In this document: positions 40,935-50,675 of the stretch, in pieces | How the letters are laid out: the number at the start of each line of letters is the position of its first letter | How positions within the stretch are numbered: the first letter of the stretch is position 1 | NCBI RefSeq assembly: GCF_006345805.1 | Contig: NW_021834216.1 | Location: forward strand, 1-50,675 | Source: Octopus sinensis | Taxonomy: Eukaryota | Direction: 5' to 3' | DNA length: 50,675 nt | Notes under the pieces: generated by a model | The model's input: the letters and a program-made list of their open reading frames with translations, nothing else | The model's database searches: none | What the model was told of the DNA's origin: nothing | Position numbers and translations under genes: made by a program

Positions 40935-41430
40935 GCAGGCGCATGTCTCAGTGGTTAGAGCGTCGAGCTTACGATCGTGAGGTTGTGAGTTCGAATCCTG
41001 GACCGGGCTGCGTGTTGTGTTCTTGAGCAAGACACTTTATTTCTCATTGCTCTTGTTCACTCAGCTGTAGAAATGAATTGTGACATCACTGGTGCCAAGC
41101 TGTATCGGCCCCTTTGCCTTTCATTTGGATAACATCAGTGGTGTGCAAAGAGGAGGCTGGTATGCATGGGCAGCTGCTGGTCTTCCACAATCAACCTTGC
41201 CTGGACTTGTGTCTCGGAGGGGAACTTTCTAGGTGCAATCCCATAGTCATTCATGACCAAAAGGGTCTTTGCCCCTTTACCTTATGCACATATAATAGTG
41301 TTGAGAGGGGAGGCTGGTATGCACAGGCGACTGCTGGTCTTTCACAATCAACCTTGCCTGCACTTGTGCCTCAGAGGGGAACTTTCTAGGTGTAATCCCA
41401 TGGTCATTCATGACCAAAAGGGGTCTCAGC
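40935..41430 (+). mobile_element. SINE family B with tandemly duplicated 3' segment
   Basis: 3' part at ~41138-41270 repeated at ~41298-41425. Confidence 0.85.
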
Positions 41431-41547
41431 ATATGTATGTATGTCCGTGTGTATATGTATTTATGTCTGTCTGTCTGTCTGTATGTATGTATGTACGTAT
41501 GTGTGTGTATGTGTATGCATGTGTGTGTATGTATGCATGTGAGTGTG

Positions 41548-41579
<32 letters not shown>

Positions 41580-41914
41580 TGTATGTATGTATGTGTATGT
41601 ATGCTTATATTTGGAGAAAGGGAAGAAGGATAATATATGATTTAAGCAATTGTGGTATCATTTGAACTTTTGAACGTTTCGCATTAATTCGGCAACTACA
41701 AGAAAGAGGTGTGCTGTGGCGAAGGGATTGCAAAGGTCGAGGTTTTGGGAGAGGAAGGAGAGTGTGTGTTGGTTAGTGTAAGGCTTAGGGGCAGTTACAA
41801 AATGGTCGATGAGAGTAGGGGAGACATCTAAGTCAAGAAAGCTTGAGTGAAGTTTGCATAAAGATCACTCAGTTCCGAAGAGCAGAGGCAATTATAGAAG
41901 AGATAGAAAGAGAG

Positions 41915-41967
<53 letters not shown>

Positions 41968-43173
41968 GAAAAGATAACAGGTGTGTGAGCCAGAATTTGG
42001 GGTACGTTTGTGAGTGACTTCGTGAAAAGCAGCATTGTGGCGCTTTCTCCGGATGCGATCTAGGATGCCTTTACGAACTAATAATAGCTAGTAATCTTCG
42101 ATTAAGCAATTTGCTTCCCTTGCATTTGACAGAATGGAAATATTTGCTCAATGCTTAAATTCCATGAAAGCTGGTAGAGGTGACAACTTGAAAAACTGAT
42201 GAAGAGAGGCAGGGGCGGTGACTCCGAAATCTCAAACCAGGTTAATTTATTCAGAAATCGCAATTAATTTTGCCGACATTCGTCTGACACCGTCATTTTT
42301 ACATTTTGTTAGGGGTTTTTTGCTTCTTCTTTACACACGTGCTAACTGAGTGTTCCATTATTACAATTAATTGAGGATTCCATTATTAAAGTTAGAACGT
42401 CTGCTACCAGTCTTTTATGGAAGTCCTGATATTTTCTTTTCTTTCTTATTCCTTGTATTTCTTCTAGGTGTCCGATTTTTATAAAGATAAGGAAATGAGA
42501 TTTCTGTCTCATACAAATAATGATTATTAAATATATGGAACATAACCTTTAAAATTAATTAATTAAAATTGAAATTTTCGCATACGATGAAAGATTTTAA
42601 AGAAAAACATAAAACATTACAAGGGCTAATATTAAAAAGTTTTCTGTGCAGATGGAGTCCCTAGGTAAGTCAACCGCCCCTTCATCGTTCATTATGAAGA
42701 AATGATTGCTTTCTTTGTGACCATTATTTCTTTTCTTTCTCTTTCTCCTTTTAATTTTCGCTTGTTTTAGTCGTCAATTTTTCTTTCTTTTCGCCATCTT
42801 GTTTATTCCTTTCTTTGTGTTGTTGCTGTCTTTGTTGTTGTTGTTGTTGTTGTTGTTTGCCCTTGCTGTTTTGGTCCACTGCATTTGTTGTTCTTGCAAT
42901 TGACGTCGCTAACTTTTCTGCTCTTATTTTGTTTTTTTCTGCTACCGCTGCTGCTGCTGCTGCTGCTGCTATGACTGCTATTGATTTCGCTGTTGTTGTT
43001 GCTCATAAAGTTCTTGTTGTAATTACTATTGTTGTTGTTGTTACTGTTGCTGTTGCTCTTACGGTTTCTGCACATTTTATCATAGTTGGTAGAGTTCATG
43101 TTGGTCTTACTGTTGTTGTGTTTTTTAACGTATTTTGTCTATCGCCTCACTTCGAATTCCCAAAAGCAAACGT

Positions 43174-43460
43174 CTGTAATATAATATGTGACAATTATTC
43201 AGTTGCCATAATAAAACTCCGAGTTTCGGATATTGGGACAGAAACCTGTTCCGGTATCTCGTCAGTTATCGAGGCAATCAAAATATAGCATATTTTGAAT
43301 GCCTCGATAACTGACGAGGTGCCGGAGCAGATTTCCGCCTCGATATCCGAAACTCGGAGTCTTATTATAGCAACCGAATAATTGTTACATATTATATTTC
43401 AGATAAGTTCCTCTATTTACATAATATCGAGGTCTCTTTCATTCATTTGTTGTCTTACCT
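43174..43460. mobile_element. Fold-back mini-element with two divergent hammerhead motifs (43210-43270 minus, 43306-43366 plus)
   Basis: Palindrome 43174-43402 centred at 43288; same family and tail as 37007-37260. Confidence 0.85.
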
Positions 43461-43486
43461 TACTATATATATATATATATATATAT

Positions 43487-43535
<49 letters not shown>

Positions 43536-43567
43536 TATTATATATACATACCTGTGTGCGTGTATGT

Positions 43568-43862
43568 AGGGGAGCGTGGCCTAGTAGTTAGTGTATTGCG
43601 CTTACGATCGCCTCGAGATAGTGGTTTCAATTCCTGGACCAGGCGGTGCGTTGTGTTCTTCAGCAAGACACTTCATCTCTTGTTGCCCTGCAATCACTTC
43701 GATACCCGATGCATGGTACACCATGAAGCTGTTAAGACAACTTCCATTGGATGGAGAGAGTCAGCTGATATACTGCACAAAAATTTGATCACTACAAATT
43801 ATTTGTGCAGGTTAATCAGCAAGAAGTAACAGAACCATCTTTCTCGGACCACGAGAGACTAT
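43568..43862 (+). mobile_element. SINE family B subfamily
   Basis: Colinear with 340-630. Confidence 0.75.
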
Positions 43863-43905
43863 CCTCTTCCTCCTCCTCCGCCTCCTCCTCCTCCTCCTCC
43901 ACACC

Positions 43906-43939
<34 letters not shown>

Positions 43940-44092
43940 TCATCACCACCACCACCTCCACAACGACGACGACGACCACCACCACCATCCTCTTCCTCCT
44001 CCTCCTCCTCATCATATATATATGTTAAATAAAATGAGACAACGGAATCAAGGCAGTGTGAAATTTCTAGGATATTTATAAAGAGAAAGGTA

Positions 44093-44140
44093 GTCTTACA
44101 GCTGTTTCAAGGATATAAAAGATATCCCATCATCGGAGAC
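44093..44140 (-). ncRNA. Minimal type I hammerhead-like ribozyme
   Basis: gtct-CCGATGA-tgGGATAT(ctttt)ATATCCtt-GAA-ACAGCTGT-A-agac. Confidence 0.7.
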
Positions 44141-44384
44141 GATACGAGAGAGTTAAATAGAAGGAAATAGTAGAGTTCAATACAAGAATTTATTTTGGAA
44201 AGGTAGTGATATAAGAAGTATAAAGCACTTACATAGCCTTACCTGCCTTTTGGGTCTTCTGGATACCAAAACCTCTCATACATACATACATACATACATA
44301 CATACATACATACATACATACATACATACATACATACATACATACATACATACATACATGCATACATACATATATACATAAGTA

Positions 44385-44882
44385 AAACTCAACTAACAAT
44401 TAAAGATGGAGAAGAGATGTTAAAAGTTTTATAAAAATTTAATCCATACATACGATCGTTTCAAATGATAACACCAACATATAAGGAACATGGAAAAAAT
44501 TAAATTAAATTAATTATAATTATAATTAAATTAAATTAAATTAATCACGTATTACCATTCTCCTGAGTGCAAAAGATAAAGAAAACATCCGAAAGATAGT
44601 AACAGAAGAATATTACAGGAGACTACATAGAGTGTGTGTCGGATAACTCAATCGAATATTCATAAAATGATTGTGGAAGAAGACATATAAGAACATGCTT
44701 ACATTTGCACCGAGGTGAAAGGTAATACGTAATTAATTTAATTATAATTATAATTAATTTAATTTAATTTTCTCCATGTTTCTTACATGCTGGTGTTATC
44801 ATTTGAAACGATCGCATGTATGGATTAAAATTTTATAAAACTTTTAACATCCCTTCTCCATCTTTAATTGTTAGTTGAGTTT
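44385..44882. repeat. Inverted repeat / MITE-like fold-back, arms 44385-44573 and 44704-44882
   Basis: aaactcaactaacaattaaagatggagaag... matches its reverse complement; 130-bp spacer. Confidence 0.85.
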
Positions 44883-45082
44883 ATATAGGCTTGTATCCTA
44901 TAAATGCTCATAACACAACTTTTACTTGTTAAATTTTCATATTTTAAAAATAAATGCTTACAATAGTAAGCTAAAATTTTAATATGAAGAATCTTTATTA
45001 AAAATCTAACTTTTGGTCCCACCCAAAGTAAAAATGTTCTAATTGAACTCAACGTTTCTCTCTCTCTCACACAGACACACAC

Positions 45083-45189
<107 letters not shown>

Positions 45190-46459
45190 GTGTGTCTGTC
45201 TGTCTATCTATCTGTCTATCTATCTAAATACACACACACACAAGTAGGATGTTTTGGCCGTGTTAGAGAATTTCAATTTCCTCCGGAATGACTAACTATT
45301 TCCTTCATGTTAAGCCCAGACAATTCTAGCGTGAAATAAGAAGTAACAAAGATGTCCTTGAATTGAAGCAGGTCGTCGTTTTTCATCGACCTTGCTTTTT
45401 TTCCTTTTGAATTGAGAATTGCCAGTGATAGTGAAGTCAGACGGAAAGGTTCTAGACTTTAGTTACCTACAAAAGTTTTGGCTCCCAATCCTAACCGTTT
45501 TGAATGTTGCTTTTGCAGGTTTTTGTAACGGCAGAACGAACACCACCGTGGTTTTTTTCCCGGTGGTTTATTCCCTGAAGTGAACTTGATGAGGAAATCT
45601 CTCACTTTACATTCTAACTACAAGTCTTAATCATCGAAGCCGGTGTTTCACTATGGCTGGCTCTATTCTTCAACTGGAAAACAAATATGGTTGAGTGGTT
45701 GAGAAGATCATTTTGCAACAATTCAACCACGGGTTCAATTCCACTGCGTGGCATTTTGGGAATGTGCCTTTATTATATCATCAAATAAAACGAAACTTAA
45801 TGGGTGAATTTGGGACAGTCGGAATTATGTACAAGCCCGTCGAATGGACTGTATCCATATTCCAAAAATCTAGCCTTATTATACAGTGTCATACTGGAAA
45901 TTATGTCGGTGGAATATTTATATGAGGATTACACTGTGATTAAGACGTTCGCTTTGGAAACACTTGGTTGCGGGTTCAGTCCAATAGGACGGTATCGTGG
46001 GCAAGTGTTTTCTACTATAGCTCCGGACCGACCAATGACTTGCGAGTGAATTTGGTAGATGGAAACTGTGTGAATCCCCAGCCTGCTAACGATTCTACCA
46101 GCTCGCCTCTTTCGTAGTCTTAGTAATATTCCGTACTACATTATCCCGTATGTTCTTTCTGTTTTAAAAACATTACTGTTGTGTAATTTGAGGGTAATTT
46201 AGCGGTTATTTCTAGCGTGTCGAGTGATCACGTAAAGGTTTGTCACGTCTTTGATTATTTAGTGTTTTACGTCTGGAAAGTTCCATCTGCTGCAGAACAA
46301 TTGTGATAATCCGCATATGTTGTTACTTCTTTATATTTTGCTAAAATGGCGGTCATTTGTTTTCTTTTTTAATGTTTTAGCTGTTTTTTAATTGTCTTTT
46401 ATCTTTGTATTTTTATTTCTTTCAGAGATATCTTCTTCGCACTTTCCTTTTCCCTCACC

Positions 46460-47130
46460 TTCACCACCACCACCACCACCACCACCGCCGCCACTAACAC
46501 CATTATCACTATCATCAAAACTATCGTCAACATTATCACAGCGTCACTATCACTATTGTCACCGCCGCCAACACCAACACCAAACTTTGCAGTCACCATT
46601 ACTACATCGCTATCATCGTCACCACCACCGTCGCCATAACAACCATTGTCAGCTCCACCACCATGAACAGCAATACCACCATCATCACCATCACACACGA
46701 CTATCATCACCACCATCACCCTCGCCACCATCACCACCACCACTACCACCACCACCGCTAAAATCACAGCACCGTCCCCACCTTACTACATCCACTACTA
46801 CTACTACTACTACTACTACCACTACCACCACCATCACTACTACTACTACTACTACTATTACTTCTGCTGCTGCTGTTGCTGCTGCTACTACTATACTACT
46901 ACTACTACTACTATACTACTACTACTACTACTACTAACTGCCATACCTCGGCAGTTACTACATCCACTATCACCATCACCACCACCACCATCATCATTAC
47001 ATACAGCTCTCCTCACTACACTGCAACATCTACCATAACTTTCATGACCACTACGATGATGACGATCACGACGTCTACCATCACTGCCATGGCTGCCTTC
47101 ACTGTCACCGCTGTCACCACCACCACCACC
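46460..47130. repeat. Compound (CAC)n/(CAT)n/(TAC)n microsatellite
   Basis: Direct inspection. Confidence 0.9.
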
Positions 47131-47771
47131 ACCACCTTCTCACTCCTCAACATATCCAATCAGCTCAGTTATTATGAAATATCTAAAACGTCTAAAAATA
47201 TTTGTCTTTCAAGTTCAAATAAATTTCCTTTCATTTCAAAATGGGGGAAAAAACACACACACAGAAAAAAAAAACAACCGACAAAAAAAATGACGAAAAC
47301 AAGAAAAAGGAAAAAATGCGAGTAAAGAAAAATGAAAATATTTTCGTTCTCTTTTTCTTCTTTTGTCTGTTGGACATCCGCAATTATTTCTTGAGTTCTT
47401 AAGTTCTTTAATTCCCGTGTTCTTTATTTCATTAGTTGCGGAGTTCTTCAGAATGTTTTAAACCATTCTATTTCTTCAGGTAATAAACAGTATCAGAATT
47501 GAGTTCCAACAGAGAAGATTGGAGGTTTACACTCTTTTATCATTCGTTATAACGAGCGTTTGGCCGAACGTTTAGGAAGTTCGCTTCTCAATCCAGTTGC
47601 AAGATTTCCCCGTTCAATTGAATAACGAGTGAAACCTTACAAAAGTATCTTCCATCAAAGATTAGGGATGACCGAAGCCCATGTTACATACGCTCAATTA
47701 CACAATGAAATAGGAAAGACAGAAACCGTGAAGTCCATTAGGGACGTTCTCAGTCTATAATTCCAAGGTCA

Positions 47772-48110
47772 AAGGCAGCGAGCTGGCAGAAACGTTAGCA
47801 CGCCGGGCGAAATACGTAGCGGTATTTTGTCTGCCGTTACGTTGTGAGTTCAAATTCCGCCGAGGTCGACTTTGCCTTTCATCCTTTCGGGGTCGATCAA
47901 TTAAGTACCAGTTACGCACTGGGGTCGATATAATCGACTTAATCCGTTTGTCTGTCCTTGTTTGTCCTCTCTGTGTTTATCTCCTTGTGGGTCGTAAAGA
48001 AATAGGTATTTCGTCCATCTCGATGTTCTGAGTTCAAATTCCGCCGAGGTCGACTTTGCCGTTTATCCGTTCGGGGTCGATAAAATAAGTACCAGTGAAA
48101 CACTAGGGTC
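47772..48110 (+). mobile_element. SINE family C with internal duplication
   Basis: aaggcagcgagctggcagaaacgttagc...gagttcaaattccgccgaggtcgactttgcc; this block occurs twice. Confidence 0.85.
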
Positions 48111-48266
48111 GTTCAGAGAAAGGCAACATTAGCTTCAATAATTTAACCATTCAAAAGTACCCTTTAATATGTATTTTTCTTGCGCATTTACTCCCCCACT
48201 TAACATTGAGTTCTTTTTTTCTCTAGCATGTTTACATTGCTTCATATGTATATGTATGAATTTACG

Positions 48267-48387
<121 letters not shown>

Positions 48388-49626
48388 GTGTATGTATGTT
48401 TGTATGTATCGTACTTTATATATATACACATTTAGTAGGTCCGTTACTACAGGATTTGTTCTGAGATAGCATCTTTTATGGATATGCTGTTGAAGACACA
48501 CTATGTAAAAAAGGGAGATAGAGAGAGAGAGAAAGAAAGAATAAGAGAGAGAGAGAGAAAGGGAGAGAGAAACAGACAGAGAGGGAGAGAGAAGGAGAGA
48601 CAGCGGGAGGAGAAAAATTCTTTCCAACAGCGGCCATCGCGCTTTTTCAATGGCACGTACTCACATTTGTCACATGCTTAGACAAGAATTCGTTGTCTCC
48701 GATATAGAAGGAGCGAACAACATATTCACTGATGCTGCGTAAAGCGTCCAGACAGATGAAAAATCCACTGTATGCAATTGAAACGATATTTAGTTAAAAT
48801 AGCCAGCTGTACGTCATACTTAACGCATACACATGGTCTATAGGCCAGTGTTTATAAGGTATGCAGGATCTTTATTGCATATAGCGCATGTGTGTGTGTG
48901 TATGTGTGAGTGTGTGTGTCTCTGTATCCGTAAATACACATACATATACATACTTATTATGCATACAAACTTATTATGTATACTTATTATGCATACAAAC
49001 ACACATACATATGCATGCTTATTACAGAATAATAAAACTGCGCTGTCAAAAAATGACGGCGTTTTAATAGAAAGAAGTTGAATTCTGTATTTGATAACTG
49101 CATCGACATAACATATATTCTATATGCTCGCTATTGACTTCTATAGAAAGATTAATTAAATTTTTATTGAAAACACTTCGAAGGATTGAATCCAAAGAGA
49201 GTTAAATATGATGGAAAGTTTATATAAGCGATTTTAATATTTTATCGCGGTTAAAGCTATAAAACCCGTTTTATTTAATTGTTGAAACTTTTTCGATTGC
49301 TATTTCACGAAATCACTGATGAGTCTGCGCTGTCAAATATGACAATGGTTCACACATATTAAAAGTTAATCATATTCATGACTTGTGCCAAAAAAAAAGA
49401 AGAAAATCACGAAGGTGTTGCAGTGTTTACTGTGTATATCTTAGTTACTATGCGTTATTCATATATGAATAACCCATTGCCGGATAATTTTTCGTCACAG
49501 AAAGGAGTTACTGGCTTTCTATGGTAGTCCTATCACCGATCATGTGATTAAAAATTCCAAGGTCAAAACACTCATAAATATATATATATAAATATATATA
49601 AATATATATAAATATAATATATATAA

Positions 49627-50089
<463 letters not shown>

Positions 50090-50675
50090 GTATATATATG
50101 TATATATATATGTATTTATATATATATACATATATATATACATATATAATATATATATATATTTAAATATTTAAAAATTGAGGGAGATAAATTAATATTA
50201 ATTTTAATATCAATTTAAAACCAGTAGTCCAGCATTCAAAAAATCTGAGGAGTCAAGAGAAAATTCAAAATATATGTGTATATTGGCAGGGCTGGCCTGC
50301 TAGGTAGCCGGCCAGAATGCTAGAAATAGATCATAAACGATCAAACTACAAGGGAAATTCTCTAGAGAAGAATTCAGCGAACACCAGAACCAAATTGGCG
50401 GGCAGGACATATGAAAAATTAAATAAAAAACAGACTAAATGCATTACCTCGGTTTCGGTATTAACAAAAGAATTACTGCATAATCAAGTGTCCGTGACTT
50501 CTTCAGTACATTCGGTCCTCGAGATGCAAACGCAAGACTAACCCCAGCTCTCGGTGTCAAGACAGACACGTGCTTAGTCTACTGATTACATCGGGAATAA
50601 AATTTCAATGTCTGGTTCCGGCGCGCTAAGAGACTCCTGAAGCGAAGGGCTGCAGTGAATAATTCACTGCGGGTA

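Noticed and set aside
42192-42248. CTGATGA...GAAA motif
   Set aside because: Stem I does not pair and stem II is only 3 bp with a long loop; could be chance

Overview
AT-rich, repeat-dominated eukaryotic DNA. The tRNA-derived SINE families and microsatellite load look like a cephalopod (Octopus-like) genome, which is an inference. I recognise no host protein-coding gene, and nearly all ORFs in the track are microsatellite artefacts. Contents: three or four multi-copy SINE families; a decayed full-length mariner (7401-8610); two RTE-like LINE relics; a non-autonomous Helitron inserted into a 34-bp minisatellite; an old Penelope-like element (PLE) relic; and a ~2.95-kb fold-back PLE (RT + GIY-YIG) with ~1.07-kb inverted arms. 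The main signal is about ten hammerhead-ribozyme-like motifs in at least five sequence families. They mostly have a minimal, palindromic stem III. They occur at both ends of the PLE palindrome, as back-to-back pairs in ~190-230 bp fold-back mini-elements, in short elements inserted in (TA)n, and in the 3' tail of a head-to-head tRNA-derived SINE. All ribozyme folds were deduced by eye and are untested.
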